From positions 72,422-136,421 of the forward strand of contig DASYUI010000009.1 of assembly GCA_036001425.1 (NCBI GenBank): 64,000 nt of DNA, written 5' to 3'. Both the position numbers and the translations under genes were made by a program. Shown here one piece after another: positions 18,615-27,566 of the stretch. The stretch's first letter is position 1. Each line of letters starts with the position of its first letter. The notes beneath the pieces are model-generated. The model had not been told where the DNA came from, ran no database searches, and saw nothing but the letters and a program-made list of their open reading frames with translations. This stretch comes from Actinomycetota bacterium (GTDB lineage: Bacteria; Actinomycetota; UBA4738; CALAEC01).

Positions 18615-19118
18615 ATGAAGAGACGCACGCTGGCCGTTGTCCTCGTTCCCCTGGCGGTCTTGGCCCTCGTGACCATCCCCGCTCTGGCTCACGATGACGA
18701 CGACGAGTTCCGCACCCGCCTCACGGGGTTCCTGGAGACGCCGCAGTCGATCTCGACCGCGGGACACGGTTCGTTCACGGCCGAGCTGCAGGGGATGACA
18801 ATCGAGTACCGCCTGAGCTACGAAGGCCTCGAGGGGGGAGCCGTCTGCTGCGCGCACATCCACCTCGGGCAGCGGGCGACGACCGGCGGGGTCATCGCGT
18901 TCCTCTGCGGCGGGGGCGACAAGCCGGCCTGTCCCCAGTCGGGGACCGTCACGGGAGTGATCGACGCGGCCGACGTGATCGGGCCGAGCGGCCAGGGCAT
19001 CGCCCCCGGGGAGTTCGCCGAGGTCGTCCGGGCTCTTCGCCAGGGCTTCGTCTACGCAAACGTCCACACCCAGACCTACCCGGGCGGAGAGATCCGGGGC
19101 CAGGTCAGGCAGGACTGA
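18615..19118 (+). CDS. CHRD domain-containing secreted protein
   Basis: Signal peptide (MKRRTLAVVLVPLAVLALVTIPALA), then a CHRD-type module (GHGSFTAELQG...CCAHIHLGQ...GGEIRGQV). Confidence 0.75.
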   Translation: MKRRTLAVVLVPLAVLALVTIPALAHDDDDEFRTRLTGFLETPQSISTAGHGSFTAELQGMTIEYRLSYEGLEGGAVCCAHIHLGQRATTGGVIAFLCGGGDKPACPQSGTVTGVIDAADVIGPSGQGIAPGEFAEVVRALRQGFVYANVHTQTYPGGEIRGQVRQD

Positions 19119-19162
19119 GGGCGCGGCCAGCCCGGACTAGGGCGGCGACTTGGGGTCTCGCC

Positions 19163-19211
19163 GTCCGTTCGGGACGCGAACGGCCCCCGCGGGTTTCCCA
19201 TCGCGGGGGCC
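19163..19211 (+). terminator. Two consecutive GC-rich hairpins downstream of the CHRD gene (candidate intrinsic terminator)
   Basis: ccgttcg-ggacg-cgaacgg forms a 7-bp stem, followed by ggcccccgcg-ggtttcccat-cgcgggggcc with a perfect 10-bp stem. The downstream gttccattc gives only a weak U-tract. Confidence 0.35.
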
Positions 19212-19321
19212 GTTCCATTCGGTCCTTCAACTGCCTCGCGTTTGTCAAGCCCCCTTCGAATGGGCAAAGCTCAGCCCGCTAGAGTGGCCGAGAAGGAGGG
19301 CTGATAACGCTGTTCGACTGG

Positions 19322-19759
19322 GTGAAGTTCGCCCACATCTTGCTGGCCATCGTCGCGGTCGGATTCAACGCCTCCTATGGCATCTGGCTGACCCGCGCGG
19401 CCCAGGCGCGGGAACACGAGCTCCATGTGCTCCGGGGGATCAAGATCCTCGACGACCGCTTCGCCAACCCCGCCTACGGGCTGCTCCTCGTGACCGGCCT
19501 ATGGATGGTCGTCATCAGTCCGTGGGAGATCACCACGTTCTGGATCCTCGGGGGCCTCATCCTCTGGGCGGTGGTCATCCTTCTCGGCGCGGGCCTGTAC
19601 ACGCCAACGCTCCGGCGGCAGATCCAGGTGTTGGAGGCGGAGGGTCCGGGTTCCGAGGAGTTCCAGTGGCTGTCCCGGCGGGGCACGATCCTGGGCATCG
19701 TGCTGGGCATCCTGGTCGTCATCATCGTCGGCCTCATGGTCCTCAAGCCGACGTTCTGA
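19322..19759 (+). CDS. DUF2269-family membrane protein
   Basis: 145 aa with 4 TM segments and a C-terminal LMVLKPTF. It is a paralogue of 13297..13797. GTG start. Confidence 0.65.
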   Translation: MKFAHILLAIVAVGFNASYGIWLTRAAQAREHELHVLRGIKILDDRFANPAYGLLLVTGLWMVVISPWEITTFWILGGLILWAVVILLGAGLYTPTLRRQIQVLEAEGPGSEEFQWLSRRGTILGIVLGILVVIIVGLMVLKPTF

Positions 19760-19775
19760 GACACGAGGAGGACAC

Positions 19776-20138
19776 GTGGAGCGCAGCGACCTCGAGGCGT
19801 GGGTTGATCGGTACATGTGGGCCTGGTCGACGAACGATCCCGAAGACATCGGCGACCTCTTCACCGACGATGCCCGGTACTACACCGCACCCCACAGGGA
19901 GCCGTGGGTGGGGCGAGACGGGATCGCTTCCGGCTGGATCGGGCGGAAGGACGAGCCGGGCAGTTGGAAGTTCCGCTACGAGGTCGTCGGCATCGACGGG
20001 GACACTGGATTCGTGCGCGGGTGGACCCTCTATTCGGACGGCCCCGACTACAGCAACCTGTGGGTGATCCGCCTGGCCGAAGGCGGTCGCTGCTCGGAGT
20101 TCACCGAGTGGTGGATGGCAGTCGAGGCTTCTCCTTGA
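19776..20138 (+). CDS. NTF2-like (SnoaL-like) family protein
   Basis: 120 aa, beginning LEAWVDRYMWAWSTNDPEDIGDLFTDDARYYTAP..., the SnoaL-like polyketide cyclase signature. Confidence 0.7.
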   Translation: MERSDLEAWVDRYMWAWSTNDPEDIGDLFTDDARYYTAPHREPWVGRDGIASGWIGRKDEPGSWKFRYEVVGIDGDTGFVRGWTLYSDGPDYSNLWVIRLAEGGRCSEFTEWWMAVEASP

Positions 20139-20622
20139 ATCCTTCGAACGGGTTGCGGCACGCCCGGCAGAAGTGCGTCGTGCGGCACGGCGTGGGACCG
20201 AACGCCGCTTCTCTCACCGTATCGGCCGACCCGCAGTAGGGGCACGGGGTCCCGGCTTCCCGCATCAGGGAGACGGCCACCGGGCCGCCGGCCGGCTGCT
20301 CCCAGTGGGGGGAGATCCCCAGGGCTCGGAGGCCCGCCCTGCCCGCCTCCGTGATCCGGTCGGTGGTCCACGGCGGGTCGTAGACGAAACGGACCCGCAC
20401 GGCGTGCCCATCGCCGACCCGGCGAAGGGCCGCCTGGACGTCCTCCCCGATGACGTCCTTCGCCGGGCACCCGACGAACGTCGGAAGGAGATCGACTTCG
20501 ACCGTGTCCTCGTTGACGTTGACCTGTTCCACCATCCCCAGGTCGACGATCGAGCACGTGGGGATCTCGGGGTCGGGAACGGACGCCAGGGCGTCCCAAA
20601 CGCGCCGCTCCAGTGTGTCCAT
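20101..20622 (-). CDS. paaD: 1,2-phenylacetyl-CoA epoxidase subunit D (PaaD; PaaJ in Pseudomonas/PGAP nomenclature)
   Basis: N-terminal DUF59/MIP18 domain (IPTCSIVDLGMVEQV) plus a C-terminal zinc ribbon (CPYCGSADTV...CRTTHFCRACRNPFEGFK). Its ATG at 20622 overlaps the paaC TGA. Confidence 0.8.
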   Translation of the reverse strand: MDTLERRVWDALASVPDPEIPTCSIVDLGMVEQVNVNEDTVEVDLLPTFVGCPAKDVIGEDVQAALRRVGDGHAVRVRFVYDPPWTTDRITEAGRAGLRALGISPHWEQPAGGPVAVSLMREAGTPCPYCGSADTVREAAFGPTPCRTTHFCRACRNPFEGFKEKPRLPSTTR

Positions 20623-21563
20623 CACCAGCTCGCTCCGGGGAACGCTCGGTGGAGCGCGGTCATCTCCTTCCACAGCGGCCCGAAGTCGTCCGAGTGCCGG
20701 CCGTGTCGCCCGCCCGTTCCCGCGAACCCTCCGACGTGAACCCACTTCCCATCGCGCCGCTCGACCCCCGGGACGGTCAGCTCGTCACGCTCCTCCACCT
20801 CGCCCGAGGAGGTAGGGACGAACTCGCCGAGGCGGGCATGGCCGGTCAAGACGTAGTCGAGCGAGACCGACTCGAGGTCCGATCCGATCCGGTCCAGCCA
20901 CTCCGCGAGGAGGTCGGCGCTCCCCCGGGCCAGTACGCCATCCGACAGAAGAGCCTCCTCTCCGGGGACGGTCTCGAACAGCGCCATGGCCTCGGGCACG
21001 GCGAGCTCGAGCCCCCCGGCCAATCGGTCCCGGGCGGTTACCCCGTCCTCGGCGACGCGGCGGAACCACGCCCTCCCGTGGTCGAGGTGGTACCGCTCCT
21101 CCATGCGGATCACGCCCAGCGCATCGCGAAGCTCCTTCCACGAGGTGGACTCGAGGGCCCCGGTACGAACGTCGTCGGCTTCGTCGTACAACCACTGCCG
21201 TGCGATCGTGTAGCCCCAGTCGCGATTGGGCCGTTCGCAGATGACCGCGTGGCGGTACTCCTCGGGCTTCCGCCCCAGCGCCAACACGTTCGGGTCGCGT
21301 CCGGCGATCGGCTCCGCCAGCTCGTAGAGCAACCGGGCGTGTGCCATCTCGTCCTGGGCGATCGACGAGAAGGCCAGATCCTCCTCGAGGTGCGGGGCCC
21401 ACCCGGTCCACTCCGAGTGGCGGTGACCGATCACCAGCTCGTCGTCGGCCAGCGATAGGAGGAGCACCAGGCGCGCGTCGTCCGGTAGCGGTGGCGCCTC
21501 GATCGGCGCGGCTTCCGGGACCGGCTCGGAAGCCGGGGCGAAGTACGACTCGCGCTCAGGCAT
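20622..21563 (-). CDS. paaC: 1,2-phenylacetyl-CoA epoxidase subunit C (PaaC; PaaI in Pseudomonas/PGAP nomenclature)
   Basis: 313 aa with ferritin-like di-iron-like helices (LLSLADDELVIGHRHSEWTGWAPHLEEDLAFSSIAQDEMAHARLLYEL), typical of the structural subunit PaaC. Confidence 0.85.
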   Translation of the reverse strand: MPERESYFAPASEPVPEAAPIEAPPLPDDARLVLLLSLADDELVIGHRHSEWTGWAPHLEEDLAFSSIAQDEMAHARLLYELAEPIAGRDPNVLALGRKPEEYRHAVICERPNRDWGYTIARQWLYDEADDVRTGALESTSWKELRDALGVIRMEERYHLDHGRAWFRRVAEDGVTARDRLAGGLELAVPEAMALFETVPGEEALLSDGVLARGSADLLAEWLDRIGSDLESVSLDYVLTGHARLGEFVPTSSGEVEERDELTVPGVERRDGKWVHVGGFAGTGGRHGRHSDDFGPLWKEMTALHRAFPGASW

Positions 21564-21921
21564 GGGCGGCCTCGTGGCGGCCGCGGCTGACGGGCGGGCG
21601 AGGGCGGTCGATTACCAGTCCTCGCTCCCTCATCAGCTCGTGAACCTTCTTCAGTTTGGCGCCGACGCCCGCATACCCCTCGCTGCGTCGGTATGCCCGG
21701 TCGATCACGCCGCCGATCCCCGTCAGATCCGTCGCGGGATGGACCTCCTCCGTGCCGCGCAGGCGGACCGCGAACTCGGGCGCCTCCTTGTGACGGAAGT
21801 GCGTCTCCCGAGCCAGCAGCATGGCCATCTCCAGGTCGGGCGCCTTGATCCCCCCAGCGACCTCCCACTCCGCGCCGGCCTTCCGGCGCTGGAGCACGTC
21901 CCAGACGAGGATCGCGGTCAC
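21556..21921 (-). CDS. paaB: 1,2-phenylacetyl-CoA epoxidase subunit B (PaaB)
   Basis: It carries WDVLQRRKAG...APDLEMAMLLARETHFRHKE, matching the PaaB WEVFVRSK.G...HAPD.RMAL.NARD.YTRR.EG core. Its GTG start overlaps the paaA stop (GTGA), and its 3' end overlaps the paaC start by 8 nt. Confidence 0.7.
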   Translation of the reverse strand: MTAILVWDVLQRRKAGAEWEVAGGIKAPDLEMAMLLARETHFRHKEAPEFAVRLRGTEEVHPATDLTGIGGVIDRAYRRSEGYAGVGAKLKKVHELMRERGLVIDRPRPPVSRGRHEAAHA

Positions 21922-22826
21922 GATGGGATCCGCTCGAACACCTCGCGGACCCACGAGTGATGGTCCCAAACCATCTTGCGGTGATCGAGACGAACCTTGG
22001 TCATCGGACCGTTCCCCTTGACCACCTGCCAGAACTCGTCCCAGTCGGGGTCCGACCAGATCCACTCCCCCTTCTCCTCGTCCCACCGGAGCTCGGGGTC
22101 GGGAACGCTGATCCCGATGTCCCATAGCTTCGGCACGTACGTCGAGAAGAACTCCTGGCGGAGGTCCTCGTTCGATCGTGTCTTGATCCCCCAATAGAGG
22201 AGCACGTCCCTGTCGGGCTTCGACGGGGGTCCGAAGAAGTGCATGATCGGCCGCCACCACCGGTTCACCGCGTCCTGGAACAGCTCGCGCTGCTCAGGGG
22301 TGCCGGTGACGAGCTCGAGCACCATGTCCTCGCCGTGGCGGAGGTGGACGGATTCCTCCGCGCAGATCCGCCGCATCACCCGAACGTAGGGCGCGTACGA
22401 GCACTCGAGGAGCGCCTTCTGCGTCACGAGCGCCGCGCCGTCGATCAGCCAGCCGATCACCGCGACGTCGCCCCACGTGTTCGCGGGGTAGTGGAACACG
22501 TTGTGGAACTTGGTCCTTCCGTTGACGAGGTCGTCCCACATCTGCTCGCGCGACTTCCCGAGGTCCTCCGCAACCCGATACAGCAGCTGCCCGTGTCCCG
22601 CCTCGTCCTGGACCTTGGCGGTGAGCGAGAGCTTCCGCTTGAGCGTCGGGGCGCGGGGGATCCATTCGCGTTCGGGGAGGCAGCCCATGACCTCCGAGTT
22701 GGCGTGCATCTCGATGAACTTGAGGAGCGCTTGGCGGTATTCGTCGGGCATCCAGTCGCCCGCCTCGATCTTGTCCCCGGAGTCGATGCGGGCCTTGAAA
22801 GCCGCGACCTTCTGGTCGTAGGTCAT
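21918..22826 (-). CDS. paaA: 1,2-phenylacetyl-CoA epoxidase catalytic subunit A (PaaA)
   Basis: Di-iron ligand helices are present (EVMGCLPEREWIPRAPTLKRKLSLTAKVQDEAGHGQLLY ... ICAEESVHLRHGEDMV). The start at MTYDQK overlaps the TetR gene stop (ATGA). Confidence 0.9.
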   Translation of the reverse strand: MTYDQKVAAFKARIDSGDKIEAGDWMPDEYRQALLKFIEMHANSEVMGCLPEREWIPRAPTLKRKLSLTAKVQDEAGHGQLLYRVAEDLGKSREQMWDDLVNGRTKFHNVFHYPANTWGDVAVIGWLIDGAALVTQKALLECSYAPYVRVMRRICAEESVHLRHGEDMVLELVTGTPEQRELFQDAVNRWWRPIMHFFGPPSKPDRDVLLYWGIKTRSNEDLRQEFFSTYVPKLWDIGISVPDPELRWDEEKGEWIWSDPDWDEFWQVVKGNGPMTKVRLDHRKMVWDHHSWVREVFERIPS

Positions 22827-23476
22827 CGCTGTGTCTCCTTCGTGGCCAGGCCACCGAGCAGCAGATCGGTGAACCGGTCGGCGATCTCGTCGGGGCTGAG
22901 GGGACCCGCCGGGTCGTACCACGTGTAGGTCCAGTTCGCGGCGGACAGGACCAGGAGCCGGGCGAACCGCCGATCCATCTTCCGAAAGGCGCCCTTCCGG
23001 ATGCCTTCCCTGATGATCCCGTCCCACAGCGATTCGTACCGGTCGCGAAGGGCCCGGACCTCCTCACGTCGCGGTTCAGAGAGGGCCGTCCACTCCTCCA
23101 GAAACACGCGGGCCGCCTCCCGGGCTCGAGCCACCACCTCCACGTGTGCCCGCATGGCGATGCGCAACTTCTCCGTCGGCGGCCAGGGGCCCTTCGCCAC
23201 CAGCTCCAGCCCGCTTATGAATTGCGCCGCCGCCGCCGTGCAGATGTCGAGCAGGATGTCCTCCTTGCTCGCGATGTGCGCGTACAGGCTTCCGGGGAGG
23301 ATCCCGGTCTCCGCGGCGATGTCCCGCATCGTGGTTCCGTGATACCCCCGCTCGCTGAAGAGCACTTCGGCCGCCTCGATGATCTGTCCCTTGCGCCCAT
23401 AGGCGCGGAGGGTTTGCTTCCGGGAGTCCGGGAGGAACTCCTTGGGCCGCGGTTTCGTGTTCTGGGCGGTGGGCAA
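22823..23476 (-). CDS. TetR/AcrR-family transcriptional regulator (PaaR-like repressor of the paa operon)
   Basis: N-terminal TetR HTH (GYHGTTMRDIAAETGILPGSLYAHIASKEDIL). It is the first gene of the paaABCD operon. TTG start, with GGAGG 8 nt upstream. Confidence 0.8.
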   Translation of the reverse strand: MPTAQNTKPRPKEFLPDSRKQTLRAYGRKGQIIEAAEVLFSERGYHGTTMRDIAAETGILPGSLYAHIASKEDILLDICTAAAAQFISGLELVAKGPWPPTEKLRIAMRAHVEVVARAREAARVFLEEWTALSEPRREEVRALRDRYESLWDGIIREGIRKGAFRKMDRRFARLLVLSAANWTYTWYDPAGPLSPDEIADRFTDLLLGGLATKETQR

Positions 23477-23509
23477 TGGGGAGGCCTCCGAATCGGGGGC
23501 CTCATCCTA

Positions 23510-23529
23510 CCAAACAAACGCTTGTTTGG
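23510..23529. promoter_or_regulatory. Perfect AT-rich palindrome CCAAACAA-acgc-TTGTTTGG, candidate TetR/PaaR operator
   Basis: 8-bp inverted-repeat arms with a 4-nt spacer, 34 nt upstream of the TetR start. It is the only AT-rich patch in a very GC-rich intergenic region. Confidence 0.45.
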
Positions 23530-23581
23530 AAAGCTACCTGGGCGGGCTCAAACCAGGGTGGGCTGTCGGTAGGGCCGCGGG

Positions 23582-24406
23582 TTATCTCGAGGGCGCGGCG
23601 GCGTCTGGGGCGCCCGGAAGCTCGGTGCTGGCCCCGCCGCCCGACCCGGAACCGCGCGAGCCCGAGCCCCCGCCGGAGCCGGATCCGCTTCCGGACCCGC
23701 CGCCCCCGGAGCCCGACCCGCCGCCGAAGCCTTGATCGGCGCCACCGGCGGCGCCACCGGCGCCGGCACCGCCCGTGTCGGTCCGGCCGCCGGACCCGGA
23801 GCCGGAGCCCGCGCCGGCCCTCTTACTCCCGGACCGCTCGTCGCCCTCCGTGCAGGCGTTCTCGGGCAGGTCGGGATCTTCCGCGGCCTTGCTGGTGGCC
23901 ACCTCGGCTACCGCCATGCCCTTCTCGCACCCTGACAGCTCGTCGTTCCGGGCTGTCTCGCTGACCTCCTTGCCGTGTCCCGCGGCCTCCGGGGCACCAC
24001 CGGGAAGGTCGAGGCCAACCACCGCGGCGGCGTCGGCCACGACGTCCTGGACCGGGCCCGGAAGGGCCCCAGCGATCGCGAGGCCTCCGAAGAGGACGAG
24101 GCACACCGCCAGTCCAACGATAGCCAGACGGAGTCGAGGGAAGGGCCTCCACTTCCTCGCCATGCGTGCTGTGCGATCGAGAGCGGATGCGGACTCCGAG
24201 GCTGCAACCATAGCGGCGAGGTGACGCGCGGCGACTTCGGGGCCGGGCTGATCGAACAGTTCCCGGCGAAGCTCGTCGAAGGCCCGGCCGAGGGTGGCGC
24301 CAAGGGGATCGTCGTCCGCCCTCGCGCGGCCAGCCAGGATGGCCTCTGCTCGCTCGGAGGTCAGGCGCCCACTCATCTCATCTTGGTAATCGTCGAACGG
24401 GTCCAT
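23582..24406 (-). CDS. Putative membrane-anchored anti-sigma factor (single TM, Gly/Ser-rich extracytoplasmic tail)
   Basis: Its ATG overlaps the stop of the upstream ECF sigma (ATGA). It has one TM segment (LRLAIVGLAVCLVLFGGLAIAGAL) and a C-terminal GSGSGGG low-complexity region. Confidence 0.5.
   Translation of the reverse strand: MDPFDDYQDEMSGRLTSERAEAILAGRARADDDPLGATLGRAFDELRRELFDQPGPEVAARHLAAMVAASESASALDRTARMARKWRPFPRLRLAIVGLAVCLVLFGGLAIAGALPGPVQDVVADAAAVVGLDLPGGAPEAAGHGKEVSETARNDELSGCEKGMAVAEVATSKAAEDPDLPENACTEGDERSGSKRAGAGSGSGSGGRTDTGGAGAGGAAGGADQGFGGGSGSGGGGSGSGSGSGGGSGSRGSGSGGGASTELPGAPDAAAPSR
23590..23800. repeat. Nucleotide-level tandem low-complexity repeat encoding the Gly/Ser-rich tail of the anti-sigma candidate (antisense reads Pro/Glu/Pro)
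   Basis: There are repeated GGNTCNGGN / cccgagccc-like units. The ORF track shows Pro-rich artefact ORFs on the + strand across this region. Confidence 0.4.
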
Positions 24407-24957
24407 CAGGAAACGGCCTCTCCCAAGAGATCTGCTGCCAATCGGGCCAGCGCCCGTCGCTGGAGGGTCTTTACCGCACCCTGGGACCGGCCGAGCACCC
24501 GCGCCACGTCGGCCACCGGCAGATCAGCCACCATCCGGAGGAGCACCACCGACCTCTGATCCGGTGTGAGGCGGCGAACCGCGTCGAGGAAGGTTCGTCC
24601 GTTGAGGAGAGCCATCGCCTCTCCCTCGACATCCCCCGCCGGGCCGAGCAGGCGGAGCGTCTCCGGGTCGGCTGGGGTCTCGAGCCTGCGGCTGTTCCGT
24701 CGCCGCTCATCCACCAGCCGGCGGTGGGCGATGGTGAACACCCAGGAGCGCAAGTCGCGCTCGTCCCCCTTGAACCTGACCAAACCGCGAACCAGGGCCA
24801 CGAACACCTCTGAAGCCACGTCCTCGGGCTCTCGGGCGCCCTGGGCCCGGAGGTAGCCGAGCACCGGCGGCGCCAAGTCCCGGTAGACGACCTCGAGGGC
24901 GCTGTGGTCGCCGGCCTTCGCTGAGGCGAGGACGGCCGCGAAGGCTTGGCCGATCAC
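24406..24957 (-). CDS. ECF (sigma-70 family) RNA polymerase sigma factor
   Basis: 183 aa with region 2 (EVFVALVRGLVRFKGDERDLRSWVFTIAHRRLVDERRR) and region 4 (RSVVLLRMVADLPVADVARVLGRSQGAVKTLQRRALARL) signatures. Confidence 0.85.
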   Translation of the reverse strand: MIGQAFAAVLASAKAGDHSALEVVYRDLAPPVLGYLRAQGAREPEDVASEVFVALVRGLVRFKGDERDLRSWVFTIAHRRLVDERRRNSRRLETPADPETLRLLGPAGDVEGEAMALLNGRTFLDAVRRLTPDQRSVVLLRMVADLPVADVARVLGRSQGAVKTLQRRALARLAADLLGEAVS

Positions 24958-24986
24958 CGCAGCAACTCGCGAGCTGGATCCATCCC

Positions 24987-25913
24987 TCAGGATTCTCGAC
25001 CTGTGGGTCGCCCGACTGGAGGAAGATCGGTCGCGGCGACGGCCCGGTGCTCGACCAGTGGCAGGATCGCCACGGCCGCGACCACCAGCGCCCCTCCCAA
25101 GAGCTGAATGCCCGTCAGCGACTCACCAAGGACGACGACCCCGAGGATCACGGTGACCACCGGCTCGACGGTGGCCCCGATCGATGCCCGCGTGGGTCCG
25201 AGGCGGTCGACCGCCGAGAGAAAGAGTGCCAGCGCCGCAGCGGTGAAGAGGGCCACCGCGACCATCCAGCCGAGGGAGACGGGGATCCGACCGGGGTGGA
25301 CCGCCCCCGTGGCCACCGCCACGGGGGCGAACGCGAAGGCCGCGGTCCCCTGGACGATCCCGCTCGAGACCAGGGGATGCACGGCGGCGACCGCTCGCTG
25401 AGCCAGGACGATGAACGTGGCCAGGGCCACCGCGGCTCCCAGGGCCATGCCGACCCCCACCCAGTCCAGCTCGGCGGCCGGGGTCCCGAGGACCAGGACG
25501 AGCCCGACGGTGCTGAGCCCCAGGGCCACGCCCTTACCGAGGCCCCAGCGCTCCCGCCCGAGCGCCGCGGTGGCCAGCGCCACCATCGCCGGATGCGCGT
25601 AGAGCAGCAGGGTGGACGCCGACGCGGGGATCCGCTCCAAAGATCCCACGAACAATCCCCCGACGACGGAAGCCACCAGACCCATGACGACGAGAGATCG
25701 GAGCTTCCGCGGTTCCGGGCGCCGGGCCACCCGCAGCATCCGAGCCAGCCCCCACAGGACCAGCGCCGCGCCGGCGAAGCGGATCCACGCCACGAGTCCG
25801 GTGCCGGCCTGTTGCCGATAGGCGAGCTTGATGGCGATCGTCGCGGCCGCGTAGCAGCAGCCCGCCACGGTGACCACGCCAACGCCGACGAGGTCGGCTC
25901 TCCGGAAGCGCAC
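24987..25913 (-). CDS. DMT-superfamily (EamA-like) transporter
   Basis: 308 aa with 10 TM segments and two EamA-like repeats. Confidence 0.75.
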   Translation of the reverse strand: MRFRRADLVGVGVVTVAGCCYAAATIAIKLAYRQQAGTGLVAWIRFAGAALVLWGLARMLRVARRPEPRKLRSLVVMGLVASVVGGLFVGSLERIPASASTLLLYAHPAMVALATAALGRERWGLGKGVALGLSTVGLVLVLGTPAAELDWVGVGMALGAAVALATFIVLAQRAVAAVHPLVSSGIVQGTAAFAFAPVAVATGAVHPGRIPVSLGWMVAVALFTAAALALFLSAVDRLGPTRASIGATVEPVVTVILGVVVLGESLTGIQLLGGALVVAAVAILPLVEHRAVAATDLPPVGRPTGRES

Positions 25914-25971
25914 CGCGTGACTCTACCGGGTAGCATCGTTCCCAGGTTCCGCACCCGAGGAGGCCAACCCC

Positions 25972-27483
25972 ATGACCGACTACCAACTGGTGATCGACGG
26001 TGAGCTCATCGACGCCGCATCGGGCGAGACCTTCGAGTCCATCGACCCGTCCACCGGCCGACCGTTCGCCGAGGTGGCCAAGGCGGGGGCGGAGGACGTC
26101 AGGCGGGCGGTGGAAGGCGCCCGGAAGGCCTTCGACGAGGGTCCGTGGCCCACGATGCGCGGACGCGACCGGGCCAAGGCTCTCCTGGCGGTCGCCGACC
26201 TGATCAAGAAGAACGGGACCGAGCTCGCCGAGCTCGAGTCGAAGGACTCCGGCGGAACCATCCGCAAGGCGAAGAACGCCGACATCGGGATGGCCATCTC
26301 CACGTTCCGGGTGTTCGCGGAGCTCGCCGGGCGGGAGGACGACGAGGAAGCGCTTCCCCGCTCGCCCACCTCCTACAACTACCTCCGGCGCGAGCCCATC
26401 GGTGTGTGCGCCGCCATCACACCATGGAACTTCCCCATCCAGATGGCGTCGTGGAAGGTCGCTCCGGCCATCGCCGCCGGGAACTCGGTGATCCTCAAGC
26501 CGGCCTCCTACACCCCGCTCACGTCGATCGAGATCGGCCGGCTCTGCCTGGAGGCCGGGATCCCCGAAGGAGTCGTGAACGTCCTGCCCGGGCCCGGCGC
26601 CGGCGCCGGCGAGGAGCTGGTCGCGGCCGACGGGGTGGACAAGATCTCCTTCACCGGATCGACGGAAGTCGGCCGGCGCATCATGCAGCTCGCGTCGGGG
26701 ACAGTGAAGAAAGTCACCCTCGAGCTCGGCGGAAAGTCCCCGTCGATCGTCCTCGGCGACGCCGACCTCGACTACGCGGTCGAGGGCGTGTTGTGGGGGG
26801 TTTTCTTCCACCAGGGGCAGGTGTGCTCCGCGGGTACGCGTCTGTTCGTCCAGCGCTCCATCCACGACGAGCTGTTTCCCGCGCTGGTGAAGCGGGCCGA
26901 GGACATGGTGGTGGGGCCGGCCCTCGACCCGGAGTCCGACCAAGGGCCTATCGTTTCCGAGACGCAGCTCGAGACGGTGGAGAAGTACGTGGCCATCGGC
27001 CGATCGGAGGGAGCCGAGGTCGCGGTGGGCGGCGAGCGGGTGACGGTGGAGGACCACGAGGGCGGGTACTACTACCGTCCAACCATCCTCTCAGGCGTCG
27101 ACAACCGCATGAAGGTCGCTCAGGAGGAGATCTTTGGACCGGTCCTGGTGGTCATCCCGTTCGAGGGCGACGACGAGGCGGTGCGGCTGGCCAACGACTC
27201 GATCTACGGGCTCGCGGGGGCGGTATGGACCCGCGACGTGCCGCGCGCGGTGAAGCTCGCCGAGCAGCTCCACACGGGGACCGTGTGGATCAACGACTAC
27301 CACATGATCAACCCCCGGTATCCCTTCGGCGGCTACAAGCAGTCGGGCATCGGCAGGGAACACGGCGCGGTCGGCTTCGATGAGTACCGGCAGGTCAAGC
27401 ACGTTCACGTCGACCTGGCCGGAGGGCGTGAGAAGCACCCGTGGTGGGACATGATCCTGCCGCGCCGGGCGCAGCGGCAGTAG
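25972..27483 (+). CDS. NAD(P)-dependent aldehyde dehydrogenase family protein
   Basis: ALDH motifs are present: ELGGKSP, the catalytic Cys context GQVCSAGTR, and EEIFGPV. Confidence 0.9.
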   Translation: MTDYQLVIDGELIDAASGETFESIDPSTGRPFAEVAKAGAEDVRRAVEGARKAFDEGPWPTMRGRDRAKALLAVADLIKKNGTELAELESKDSGGTIRKAKNADIGMAISTFRVFAELAGREDDEEALPRSPTSYNYLRREPIGVCAAITPWNFPIQMASWKVAPAIAAGNSVILKPASYTPLTSIEIGRLCLEAGIPEGVVNVLPGPGAGAGEELVAADGVDKISFTGSTEVGRRIMQLASGTVKKVTLELGGKSPSIVLGDADLDYAVEGVLWGVFFHQGQVCSAGTRLFVQRSIHDELFPALVKRAEDMVVGPALDPESDQGPIVSETQLETVEKYVAIGRSEGAEVAVGGERVTVEDHEGGYYYRPTILSGVDNRMKVAQEEIFGPVLVVIPFEGDDEAVRLANDSIYGLAGAVWTRDVPRAVKLAEQLHTGTVWINDYHMINPRYPFGGYKQSGIGREHGAVGFDEYRQVKHVHVDLAGGREKHPWWDMILPRRAQRQ

Positions 27484-27566
27484 GGCGTGCGGAGCCAGCC
27501 GCTCCTGGGGACGGTCCAGGGCCTGATCGTCCTGGTGATCCTCGGCCTGATGGTCTGGAAGCCCGG

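Noticed and set aside
23476-23964. Pro/Arg-rich + strand ORFs (e.g. 23476..23964, 23442..23735)
   Set aside because: They are the mirror image of the Gly/Ser repeat tail of the minus-strand anti-sigma candidate, a low-complexity artefact.
25534-27057. 507-aa minus-strand ORF antisense to the aldehyde dehydrogenase
   Set aside because: It has no motifs and a GC-driven open frame, while the ALDH on the opposite strand has full catalytic signatures.
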